Source: a virus. From it: a stretch of 64,000 bases of DNA. Below are positions 40,602 through 49,341 of the stretch, piece by piece. The notes beneath the pieces were generated by a model that did not search any database, was not told the DNA's origin, and was given only the letters and a program-made list of their open reading frames with translations. Location of the stretch: IMG/VR virus record IMGVR_UViG_3300037478_000449, positions 1 to 64,000 of that record. One strand, given 5' to 3'. How positions within the stretch are numbered: position 1 is the first letter of the stretch; the number at the start of each line of letters is the position of its first letter. The position numbers and the translations under genes are program-made.

Positions 40602-41111
40602 TCAGCTCTCCTCGCTTCCGTCGTTGCTCTGGTTCGGACGGCGGCTTGACCAGCCCCCGTCGTTGCGCAGGAAGACCAGCCCGTGCAGCGCGTGCGCCAT
40701 CGGAACCTGCTCGGGGTCCTGCCCGCGGCGCAGCATCCATCCGGCCTTGCGGGCAGCGGCCGGCGCGGAGTGGATCAGCCCGTGATCTCCGGCAGTCCCA
40801 TGCCCGCACGTAGTCACCAGATTGGATGGCCGGTTGTCCCCGCCCTGGCTCCGCCGGAGCCGGTGGTGGATCGACCAGTCCACGCTCCGGGTGCCGTGCG
40901 CCGCTCCGCCGCACACCACGCAGGAGTACCCATCACGCTGGAGTACCGCGTCCACGGTGGCCTGGTCCGGGCCGGTCTGCACCGGCCGCGCCCGCGGCTT
41001 CGGTGGACTGACGACTGGGCTGGCGAAGGTGGACGACGGGAACCGCTGCCCGGCCGCGGCTAGCGCCGCGCGCCGCTTGCCGCTCATCGGCTGAATCCCG
41101 ATACGGCGCAT
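40602..41111 (-). CDS. HNH endonuclease
   Basis: RDGYSCVVCG...IHHRLRRSQGG...NLVTTC. Confidence 0.85.
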   Translation of the reverse strand: MRRIGIQPMSGKRRAALAAAGQRFPSSTFASPVVSPPKPRARPVQTGPDQATVDAVLQRDGYSCVVCGGAAHGTRSVDWSIHHRLRRSQGGDNRPSNLVTTCGHGTAGDHGLIHSAPAAARKAGWMLRRGQDPEQVPMAHALHGLVFLRNDGGWSSRRPNQSNDGSEES

Positions 41112-42289
41112 CAGTGCTCACCCGCCTTAGGCTTGCCGCGCTGGGCAGCCCGCTTCCGGCGGACATCGGTCCAACGGTCAACCCGTACCAGCGGCGCGGC
41201 CACGTCCTCCACGGGCGGCCGATGGGCTTCGGACAAGTCGTACAGGTCCAGCAGCCGGTTGAACGAGCCCTTGTAGTCGGGCATGTCCCGCCGCGCCGGG
41301 CGGATCACGTAGTCGCCGTACTCCCCGGCCTTGATCCCGTCCAGCAGCACCTCGGCGGCCTTCTTCGCCCGCTTCCCGTCCCGCTCCGCAGCCCGCGCGG
41401 CGACCACCTGCTCGGCCGCCCACGCGATCGTCGGATCAGCCGGCTCCACGCCGAGCACGGTGTACGACTCCGGGGACCGGCCGGCCTGCTGCGCGGCGTC
41501 GGTGTTCCAGCAGTGCGCCCGGGCCGGGCACAGCCGGCACCGCCAGTCCACCGCCGGCCCGTCGCCGTCCCGCGGCGGCACCACACCCAGGTCGAGCATG
41601 GTCGCCAGTTCCACCAGCCGGTCCAGCGCCGCCCGGGCCGCGGCCGGGTCGTACGGGCGGCGGAAGTGTTCCTCCGCGCCGTTGTCCCGGTTGACCACGA
41701 TGATCCGGACCGTGCGCACCGGCATTCCCATGTCGTCCAGGGCGTAGCCGTAGATCATCACCTGGTCCCACGCGGCCGGCGCTGGCCCTTCGTCGCCGTA
41801 CGCCTCCCACTTGCGGACACCGGCGGTCTTGTCGTCGGTGACCTCCCCGAGCACCGGGTCGTACTCGTCGACCCGGGCGGGCTTGTCCAGCCCCGGCACC
41901 GATAGCTCAAACTCGTACCGGCGCCACGGGTAGTAGAGGGACCGCACGGCCGCCGCTTTCTCGTGGATCAGCGACCCGAGCGCCGCCTGCCGCCGGTACT
42001 GCTGCGGCTCCGGCTGATACCCGTCCGGGGGCTGCTCCCGGTACCACACCTGCCGGCGGCAGGCTCCCGCGTCGGAGACCCGCGGCCCGCTGGCCCCCGA
42101 GGGGGTGTAGTCGGCGTCGATGTAGTCGGCGATGTCGTCCATGACCTGCCGGTCGGCCGATGCGAGCGCTTGTTCGGCCAGCTCCCGGGCTGCGGCCGGG
42201 GCGTCCGCCACCAGCTCCCCGGCGGCGATCCGCGCAGCGGCCCACGTCACCTCATCAAGGACAGAGCGGTCGGGCAGCACGGCGGTCAC
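41111..42289 (-). CDS. Cas4/RecE-like PD-(D/E)xK exonuclease
   Basis: SDAGACRRQ, GSLIHE, D...DDKT, QVMIY, CRLCP...C. Paired with RecT. Confidence 0.8.
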   Translation of the reverse strand: MTAVLPDRSVLDEVTWAAARIAAGELVADAPAAARELAEQALASADRQVMDDIADYIDADYTPSGASGPRVSDAGACRRQVWYREQPPDGYQPEPQQYRRQAALGSLIHEKAAAVRSLYYPWRRYEFELSVPGLDKPARVDEYDPVLGEVTDDKTAGVRKWEAYGDEGPAPAAWDQVMIYGYALDDMGMPVRTVRIIVVNRDNGAEEHFRRPYDPAAARAALDRLVELATMLDLGVVPPRDGDGPAVDWRCRLCPARAHCWNTDAAQQAGRSPESYTVLGVEPADPTIAWAAEQVVAARAAERDGKRAKKAAEVLLDGIKAGEYGDYVIRPARRDMPDYKGSFNRLLDLYDLSEAHRPPVEDVAAPLVRVDRWTDVRRKRAAQRGKPKAGEH

Positions 42290-43434
42290 TCGGCCACCGC
42301 CTCGGCCGGTGGGCCGTCCGGGACCGCCGGACCACGGCCGAACAGGTCCTCGCACGTCCCGGCGGCCGGAGCCCGCTGATACCGGTCGGCCTCGGCGTCC
42401 CGCTTCTGCTCCCGCAACGCGGCGATCACGTACGGCCGAATGGCATGCACGTGCGCAGCCAGCTCATCCGGCATCGCGTCGGCGATCACCCGGCCGCCGC
42501 GGGAAGCGGACCACCGCTCGCTCAGTTGCTCGGGGGTCCTGCCCAGCACCTCCGCCTGCTCTTCCAACTCCGCGAACAGCAACACCCGGGCGTCTTCCCC
42601 GAGCGTCGGCTCCGCCGCGACCTCGACCACTTCGGCGTCGACCGTCTCCGGCTGCCGGCTCGCGTCACCGTGGGCCGCGGCGTACGCCTCACGCCGCTTG
42701 GCCGCGGAAGGGTCTTCGCCTCGCTCCCGGTCCCGGTCGAACTCCTCTGGTGCGTAGAACCCGCCGAACCGCTGCGGGAACGCGGCCCGCCACGCCTGCG
42801 CCTCCGCGCACTTGGCGGTCATCACCGTCGGCTTGCCCCCGTCGGCCGCGGTGCGCCAGTTCCCGGACGGGAGGCGTCGGCCGGTCTTCACCTTCTTCTG
42901 CTGCGCCGGGTCCCACTTCCACTCGTCAGCGATGACCACGTACTCGTCGTAGAGCGCCACCGCGTACACCGGCGCGTCGAACCCGGCACGCAGGATGCCC
43001 ACCTTCGCCGCGTACGGAGCCCGGTCCCGTTGCGGCCAGACTTCCCGCCACTGCCCATCCTCGCCGCAGAACAGCGGCGTGGTCCGGCCCCGGTACTCGC
43101 CGGTCGACTCGCCACGCTTGCGGAACCCGTCGATCCCGACGTGCCGCACGTACTTGTTGCCCGGGTAGCGCATCAGGTACGCCTCACGCTGCCACGGGTC
43201 CAGCCCGCGTTCCTGGCACTCCATCAGGAACACGGCGACCTGCCTCGGGTCCCAATCCGCCTCGATCCCCAGCGGCCCCAGCAGCACCATCTGGCCCTCG
43301 TTGAGAGCACGCTGGTCCGGCTTGAACGTCAGGGTCACACCGGAAACCTGCGTCGGGATGGTGATACTCCCGGCCTCAGCGTCGTACGACGCCACCTCCC
43401 GGCCGTTCGCCCGAACGGCTACGTCCTTGCTCAT
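42286..43434 (-). CDS. RecT/Bet single-strand annealing recombinase
   Basis: GLDPWQREAY, VGIDGFR, MTAKCAEAQAWRAAFP...YAPEE. Confidence 0.9.
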   Translation of the reverse strand: MSKDVAVRANGREVASYDAEAGSITIPTQVSGVTLTFKPDQRALNEGQMVLLGPLGIEADWDPRQVAVFLMECQERGLDPWQREAYLMRYPGNKYVRHVGIDGFRKRGESTGEYRGRTTPLFCGEDGQWREVWPQRDRAPYAAKVGILRAGFDAPVYAVALYDEYVVIADEWKWDPAQQKKVKTGRRLPSGNWRTAADGGKPTVMTAKCAEAQAWRAAFPQRFGGFYAPEEFDRDRERGEDPSAAKRREAYAAAHGDASRQPETVDAEVVEVAAEPTLGEDARVLLFAELEEQAEVLGRTPEQLSERWSASRGGRVIADAMPDELAAHVHAIRPYVIAALREQKRDAEADRYQRAPAAGTCEDLFGRGPAVPDGPPAEAVAE

Positions 43435-44117
43435 CGCCCCTCCGTTCCCAACGCGATCCGGGTCGCAGCCGCCAACGTGTGGCTACCTGGGTGGTCCGGG
43501 TGCTGCCAGTCGTTCTGGTTCCGGCCACGGGTCCAGCCGTTGGCCATCAGGTGCAGCCGCCGCTGGGTCGGGTTCGTCGCCCGGACCCACTGCTCCGTCC
43601 TGTTCACAGCTGGTCCTCTCGCCGCTTCCACGCGGCCTCATCGGCGCACTCGGCCCGGTCCTCATCGGTCAGTTCGGAGGCCGGCCCCAGGTCCGGGTCC
43701 CGCACCGACCGGCCGTCCGACCCGTACACCCACCCGGTCCGCTCGCACACGGTCCGCCCGTCCGGCTGCTGCCGGGCGGTGCCGCCGCAACCCAGACCCG
43801 GGCACTGCACCCGCACCACCAGCTGCCCGGCGTACCGGTCGACCATGGCCGCGTTCGTCCGGTCCAGCACAGCTCAGCCCTCCCCGTCGGTCGCATCGGC
43901 ACGCCCGGCCAGGTGCCGGTAGGCGCAGTCGTACTTCTCGCCCTGCGGCTCAAGCAGGTGGAGCCGCCGCTCTACCTCCCGCTCGACTTCGGCCCAGTCG
44001 CGCTCGCCGATGTCCGGGTAGTCCTCCCACTGGGGAGGGTTGCGGCGGACGGCGGCGGCGATGGCATGGCGGGCAACGTCCCGGACCGCCAGTTCAGTCA
44101 TGGTCGGGCTGGTCATC

Positions 44118-44501
44118 TCAGCGCACCTCCTCGGGCTGGACCTGCTGGGCGTTGCGGCGCAGAGCCCGCCGGTACGCGTCGGCCACCTCCGCCGGCACCA
44201 CGGTCAGCAGCAGCTCATCGGCCTGTAGCTCCGCCAGCTCCGGGTCGGTGTTGATCGCGTCCAGCTCGGCGACCACGTCGGCAACCACGTCGGCGACAGC
44301 CACCGGCGCGACGGGCTGCTCTACCGGGATGTCGACCAGCTCGGCGGCCAGTGCCGCGATCAGCCGGGCAACCTTGCCCCGGTCCAGCAGCACCCGGGTG
44401 GTCTCACCGAACGCGCTCCCGGTCGCCAGCACGGTGCAAGCCGGGTAACGGCTGTCGCGGGTGACGTGGACCTGGGTGGTGCCGTGCCGGATGGTGGTCA
44501 T
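44118..44501 (-). CDS. Hypothetical protein
   Basis: ORF with GAGGAGG RBS. Confidence 0.55.
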   Translation of the reverse strand: MTTIRHGTTQVHVTRDSRYPACTVLATGSAFGETTRVLLDRGKVARLIAALAAELVDIPVEQPVAPVAVADVVADVVAELDAINTDPELAELQADELLLTVVPAEVADAYRRALRRNAQQVQPEEVR

Positions 44502-44845
44502 GGGGGTCCTCCTCAGAACGGCAGGGCGGGCTGGGCGGGCTGGCCGGAGGCGACCAGGGCGAACGGGTCGACAGCGGCGTAGGCGGACTCGCGCGGCTGG
44601 TGCTGCCGCGCGCTGCGGCGGGAGTCGCGGCGCTGCTCAAACCGAGCCCGCCGCCGCTCCCGGTCCCGCCGGTCCCGGTCCGCTCCGGTGCTGGTGGTGG
44701 ACGTCTTCACGCTCACTACTGTAGCATCTGCTATAGGACTTGCATAGGGCAGTCCCCTAGTAGATACCCGAGTAGGTACCAAGTGACAGCCATTGCTATA
44801 GCAGGTGCACCCGAAAGTCCTAGTGCGGAGCGGTACGATCCGCTC

Positions 44846-45034
44846 ATGGCGACCAAGACCGAGCTGATGGGCATCGAGGCGGCGCGGCTCCCGCTCGGGA
44901 AGCGGTCCGCCCTCGCGAAGGAGGAGGGCGTGCACACCGTGCTGACCCGCTTCGGCCAGCCGGAGACCGCGCTCGTGCCGATGGAGTGGTACCGGCGAGC
45001 CCGGGAAGCCCTCGGCGAGCCCACGGACCTGTAG
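44846..45034 (+). CDS. Second Phd/YefM-like protein
   Basis: MGIEAARLPLG...HTVLTRFGQPETALVPMEWY. TACGAT 6 nt before ATG. Confidence 0.7.
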   Translation: MATKTELMGIEAARLPLGKRSALAKEEGVHTVLTRFGQPETALVPMEWYRRAREALGEPTDL

Positions 45035-45430
45035 ATGCAAGAGGACGCTACGCCCTGGGATGACCTTCGCCAGCGGTTCAGGAAGCCATGGGGCTGGTCC
45101 GGGGTCTACTGGCTGTTCGACCGCTCCGGCCGGCTGCTGTACATCGGCGCAGCCGAGAACCCGTACTACCGCTGGAAGCACCACGCCAAGCACAAGTCGT
45201 GGTGGCCAGACGTTGACCACTCTCGGACCGAGGTCGAATGGGTTCGAGGCTATCGAGAGGTTCGAGAGGTCGAGCGTGCAGCGATCAGGCGGGACAACCC
45301 GCTCTACAACGTCGCAGACGCACAGACGCGTATCCGACTCACCGAGGAGTTCCGCCTCCTCGTCAGGCAAGCTGGTGGCCAGGAAGCCGTCGAAGACCTG
45401 CTGCGGAGGCACCTCGACATTGCGGCGTAG
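45035..45430 (+). CDS. GIY-YIG nuclease
   Basis: GVYWLFD...LLYIG...R...E.AAI...PLYN. Confidence 0.85.
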   Translation: MQEDATPWDDLRQRFRKPWGWSGVYWLFDRSGRLLYIGAAENPYYRWKHHAKHKSWWPDVDHSRTEVEWVRGYREVREVERAAIRRDNPLYNVADAQTRIRLTEEFRLLVRQAGGQEAVEDLLRRHLDIAA

Positions 45431-45514
45431 CGCCCGGCTACGCGCTCTGGCGCGGTGGCGTTCGCCTTCCCGCTGCGCCTTGGTCGGCTGGCGTGGGTCG
45501 GTCCGGGTGGCCAT

Positions 45515-46291
45515 CTATCCCACCCCCGCGAACAGGTCGAGGGCTGGTTGCCGGGGCCGGGTGGACACCATCTCCAGCAGCCGGTCCCGCCATGCCCGGG
45601 CGAAGGTGAGACAGTTCGCCTCGGTCTTGTGGCCCGGCCCGCAGCCGGGCACGTGCCGGCCGCGGAAGCTCCACGCCATCGAGTCGGCCGACCCCAGGTC
45701 GGCCGCATACGCGGCCAGCCCCTCGACCTTCACCCCGAACCCATGCAACCGCAGCCCCTGCCGGGCCAGGGTGGACACGATCAGCCCAATCTCCCCGGTT
45801 CCCTGCCGGCGGCACACCGACCCAAGCCCCACCACCGGCTCCCGGGTCAGGTCCACCCCAGCAGCGGCGAACAGGTCCACCGACCGCAGGTAGTCACCGA
45901 GCTGCCAGCCCTGTACCACAGGCACGAACGGCAGGTCAGGCGCGAGGTCCCGCAGCCGCAGGTACGACTCCACGGTCTGCGCCTGGTGTTCGACGACAGT
46001 CAGGCCGGTCTTGGCGACGATCCACGGCTCACACATGTGATCTTGCGGGCTGGCCCACTCCAGACGGCCGATCTCGTCCCGGTACCGCCGGACCGCAGCG
46101 GCGTACTGCTCTGGTGTGGTGCGCCATTCGCCGTAGGTCGACAACTCGGTGAAGCCGCCCGAGTCCAGCGCCCACGGCACACGCGCCCGCGGCAGCGACC
46201 GCCGACGGACGAGGCGCCGGTGTGACACGAACAGCGGGAAGTCCACCAGCTCCAGCCAGTGCGGCATGTGGGCTCCGAGCCAGAAGCGCAT
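45515..46291 (-). CDS. dpdA: DpdA/TGT-like deazaguanine transglycosylase
   Basis: LDSGGF, PQDHMCEP, PVVQG, GLGSVC, LHGFG, SADSMAW are TGT-fold motifs. TGATG overlap with VUT. Confidence 0.75.
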   Translation of the reverse strand: MRFWLGAHMPHWLELVDFPLFVSHRRLVRRRSLPRARVPWALDSGGFTELSTYGEWRTTPEQYAAAVRRYRDEIGRLEWASPQDHMCEPWIVAKTGLTVVEHQAQTVESYLRLRDLAPDLPFVPVVQGWQLGDYLRSVDLFAAAGVDLTREPVVGLGSVCRRQGTGEIGLIVSTLARQGLRLHGFGVKVEGLAAYAADLGSADSMAWSFRGRHVPGCGPGHKTEANCLTFARAWRDRLLEMVSTRPRQPALDLFAGVG

Positions 46292-46821
46292 CAGGTCACC
46301 GCCTGCCGGACCCGGCGCGGCCACCGGACCGCGGCCAGCAGCGCGACCGCGGCGAGGGTCATCCACGCCTTGCCGACGATCTGGCCGGGCAGGAACGCGA
46401 GCGAGCCGAACGCCAGCAGGAGGAAGATCACCGAATCGGCGACCAGCCCGACCGCGTTGGACGCCAGTACGGCGGCATACCAGCGGCGGCGGCGCAACGG
46501 TGAGTAGACGGCCATGTCCGCCAACTCGCTCGCCCCGAACGCCACGGCGGAGGCGACCACCAGGGCCGGTGGAGCCACCAGCGCCGAGCACCCTGCCCCG
46601 GCGGCGATCGCGGCGAGCACCACCCACCGGCCGCCGAACTCGTGCAGCACGTCCCGCAGGGTGAACGCGAGCCCGGCGAAGTAGACCCCGGCCGGGGCCA
46701 TCAGCCCGAACCCGACCGGTACCGCGCCGAACCGGACGATCGCCCAGTTGGCGGCGAACACTGTGCTGACGAAGCCGACCGCGGCCAGCAGTGCGGCGGT
46801 CCGGGTGGTTGGGGTGCTCAC
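46291..46821 (-). CDS. VUT/YhhQ family queuosine-precursor transporter
   Basis: Multi-TM. AANW...APAGVY..GLAFTLRD..HE, SELAD..VY, ASN.VG...DSVIF...AF, GQIVGK. Confidence 0.85.
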   Translation of the reverse strand: MSTPTTRTAALLAAVGFVSTVFAANWAIVRFGAVPVGFGLMAPAGVYFAGLAFTLRDVLHEFGGRWVVLAAIAAGAGCSALVAPPALVVASAVAFGASELADMAVYSPLRRRRWYAAVLASNAVGLVADSVIFLLLAFGSLAFLPGQIVGKAWMTLAAVALLAAVRWPRRVRQAVT

Positions 46822-47963
46822 CGACCCACCCCCGCGAACAGGTCCGGCTGGTCGAACTTGGCAACGGAATCGGCGGCCGGTTCCGGTACGGACTCGGCTG
46901 GCCAGGCGAAGTCCGGCAACGGGAACGCCGCCCCAGGCAGGTCCGCGAGTTGTGGGTGCAGCCGGTCATACTCAGCCTTGCCGATCTTGCCGATCAGCAG
47001 TGAGTCCCCCACTGCCACCCGTGGCACCAGGTGTCGGGGGATGCGGTCCAGCCGCAACGGCCCCCGGATCAGGCCGGCCTGGTGGGCGAGGTGGCCTAGG
47101 TACACGGTCGTCCGCAGCCGGGCCACGGCCGCGGTGAGCGGGTCCAGCTCTACCCCATCCACACCGCCAGCGATGCGCCGCAGCGCCTCAGCCGGCGGCA
47201 ACACCGGGCCACCGGTCGCGGACTTGCCGCCGCGGACCTGCCGCGGCGGCATCTCCCCGGTGGTGTACCACTGCCACAGGTAGTCGGCGGCGCGGATCAG
47301 GAAGTGGCCGGTGCCGGCGGTCGGGTCGCACAGGGTCAGCGGCTCGCCAGTGAACTCATTGGCCGCTGGCACGAGGGTCCGGTCCAGGATGAAGTCGCAC
47401 ACCCACCACGGGGTCTGCACCAGCGCGTTGCCGCTGCGCCGGCCATCGGACAGTGCCTGCAACAGGTCCCCGACCAGCCAGCCGGTGATGGACCCTGGTC
47501 CCTTGTCCACGTCGTAGGCCAGCGGCGGCGCGTCACCGGCCCACCAGTCCGCCAGTGCCTGCACCGCCGCATCCGACGGGGTGCCGTCTCGCAGGTTGCT
47601 GTACCTCGGGTGCAGCAGCCACTGGGTGGCCGGATGCACACACAGCCCGCCGAATGCCTGCGCCAGCCGCACTACCGGGGTCGGCTGGTCGGTGAACCGG
47701 CCGGGCATTCCGTGTAGCCCCTTGCGCAGCCACACGTCCACCAGCCCGTGATCCTCGGCCCACGCCACAACCGTGGACAGGTAGACCCAGGTCGCGGCGA
47801 CCTGCCGTCGCCGGTCGCGAGCCTCCGCGCGAGTCCCCGCTGCTGCCTCAACGCGCATCGAGTCGGCCAGCACGTCAACGTGGCAGTGCAGGGCGCGGAT
47901 CAGCGGCTTGGTGAACCGGGTGTCGTCTACCGGGTTACCGGCTCGGGTAGCAGCGGTAGCCAC
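46818..47963 (-). CDS. Truncated PglX-like (BREX-2) adenine methyltransferase homologue
   Basis: GDLLQALS, ALVQTPWWVCDFILDRTL, DPTAGTGHFL, GVELDP..AAVARLR, GDSL. No NPPY motif before the stop. Confidence 0.7.
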   Translation of the reverse strand: MATAATRAGNPVDDTRFTKPLIRALHCHVDVLADSMRVEAAAGTRAEARDRRRQVAATWVYLSTVVAWAEDHGLVDVWLRKGLHGMPGRFTDQPTPVVRLAQAFGGLCVHPATQWLLHPRYSNLRDGTPSDAAVQALADWWAGDAPPLAYDVDKGPGSITGWLVGDLLQALSDGRRSGNALVQTPWWVCDFILDRTLVPAANEFTGEPLTLCDPTAGTGHFLIRAADYLWQWYTTGEMPPRQVRGGKSATGGPVLPPAEALRRIAGGVDGVELDPLTAAVARLRTTVYLGHLAHQAGLIRGPLRLDRIPRHLVPRVAVGDSLLIGKIGKAEYDRLHPQLADLPGAAFPLPDFAWPAESVPEPAADSVAKFDQPDLFAGVGR

Positions 47964-47985
47964 CTATCCCACCCCCCGGTCCGGG

Positions 47986-48450
47986 TCAGCGGCCACGGCG
48001 ACCACCCTGCCTCCGTGCCACACGTTCCTCGGCCCGCCGCTCAGCCCGGTTCGCCGACCGGTGCATCGCCGCCATGTCGCCGCGTTCCGCCTCGGTCAAG
48101 GTGATCGGCGGCGCGTCGCAGCCCGGTTCCCAGCGCTGCCCTACCAGCCGCCACCGGCACCCGTCCCGGTCGTCTGACAGGGACACCGGACGCTGGCACC
48201 GGCACGTAGCACTGGACAGCATCCGCTCCGCCAGCGCCAGCGCGGCAGCCGACGGGGACCGGTGCCGGTCGGCGATGATCCGCGCCCCCCGGTACTTCGC
48301 CGCCGCGTACCAGGTGGTCTGCCCGCAGTTGTGGCCGTCCGGTGCGCCGGGCACGTGGGGGCAGTCCCACCCGATCTCGCTCTCGGTTGCCCCGGCCCGG
48401 CCCACCAGGTCCACGCAGGCGATCACCGTGTCGGTGTACGTGTCAGCCAT
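47986..48450 (-). CDS. Hypothetical protein
   Basis: MADTYTD... Cys-containing ORF. Confidence 0.55.
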   Translation of the reverse strand: MADTYTDTVIACVDLVGRAGATESEIGWDCPHVPGAPDGHNCGQTTWYAAAKYRGARIIADRHRSPSAAALALAERMLSSATCRCQRPVSLSDDRDGCRWRLVGQRWEPGCDAPPITLTEAERGDMAAMHRSANRAERRAEERVARRQGGRRGR

Positions 48451-48901
48451 CCTGCGCCTCCCCGTCGGCCGGCTCCAGCTCCTCGTACAGGTCGACCAAG
48501 CGCACAAGGTCCGTCAGGTGATCGTCGGCGTCGACGTTCAGCGGTTCCCGCCGTAGCGCGTAGCGGAGCGTTTGCGCCGCCGCCACAATCGTCTCGGCGA
48601 CCTGCAACCGTTGCTGCTGCTCCGGCGTTGCCGGAGCACCGTTGGTCTCGTGGTGGGCGATGACCTTCCGGCAGACCAGCGCCAGCGCAGCTGCCGAGGC
48701 CAGGTAGCAGTGGATCGCCTCAGCCGTGACGAATGGGTCACCGCCACGCTCGAACCGGACGGTGGCGGTCGCCGACTGCCTATGGCCCTGGACGCTGCCG
48801 ACCGTGTAGCCACCGGTCTTCGCCTCGAATCCCTCCAGGTCGGCCAGGATCTTCCGGCAGCCCTCTACATCGGCCGCTGTCAGCGTGTAGCGGTCAGCCA
48901 C
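48443..48901 (-). CDS. Hypothetical protein
   Basis: Coupled ORF with GAGGAGG RBS. Confidence 0.6.
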   Translation of the reverse strand: MADRYTLTAADVEGCRKILADLEGFEAKTGGYTVGSVQGHRQSATATVRFERGGDPFVTAEAIHCYLASAAALALVCRKVIAHHETNGAPATPEQQQRLQVAETIVAAAQTLRYALRREPLNVDADDHLTDLVRLVDLYEELEPADGEAQDG

Positions 48902-49341
48902 GGTCGTCTCCTCCTCTGCGGATAGTCGGCCACCAGCCGGCCGGGCTGGTCAGGGCGTTGCGGAGCCGGTCGGCCGGCGGGCGGCAGGCACCGGTGTGCG
49001 GCCGGCGTCGGCGGCCCCGGTAGCGGGGCAGCTCCACCGTGTCCGGGGTGAACAGCGGGTCGCCCTGGTCGTCCTGGTCGGCCCGGTGCTGCCGGTGGTC
49101 GGCCCACGCCCAGGCACCGACCGCGAACAGGCCCGTGGTGAGCACACACACGGCGGACAGGACCACCCACAGCATCACCGGCCCACCCCCGCCGGTTGGC
49201 GGGGGCAGCACATCTCCGCGGCCTGCCGCATCCCGCCCCGGCCCATCCGCCACATCCGGTGCCCCAACACCCGGCCGCCGCGGCCAGTCGGCGCCGGTCC
49301 GCCGCACTCCGGGCACTCAACCGTGGGCAGGGTCGCGGCGG

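Noticed and set aside
41111-42289. Cas4 as the adaptation module for the RAMP array
   Set aside because: Coupled to RecT and ~10 kb away; best explained as the RecE-like recombination exonuclease.
42160-44448. Long plus-strand ORFs (also 49039-50871, 16079-17866, 8213-9784, 53280-54884)
   Set aside because: Antisense shadows of real minus-strand genes in high-GC DNA; Arg/Pro-rich with no motifs.
44513-45514. 333-aa minus-strand ORF
   Set aside because: Mostly antisense to the well-supported Phd and GIY-YIG genes; only the short ends may be coding.
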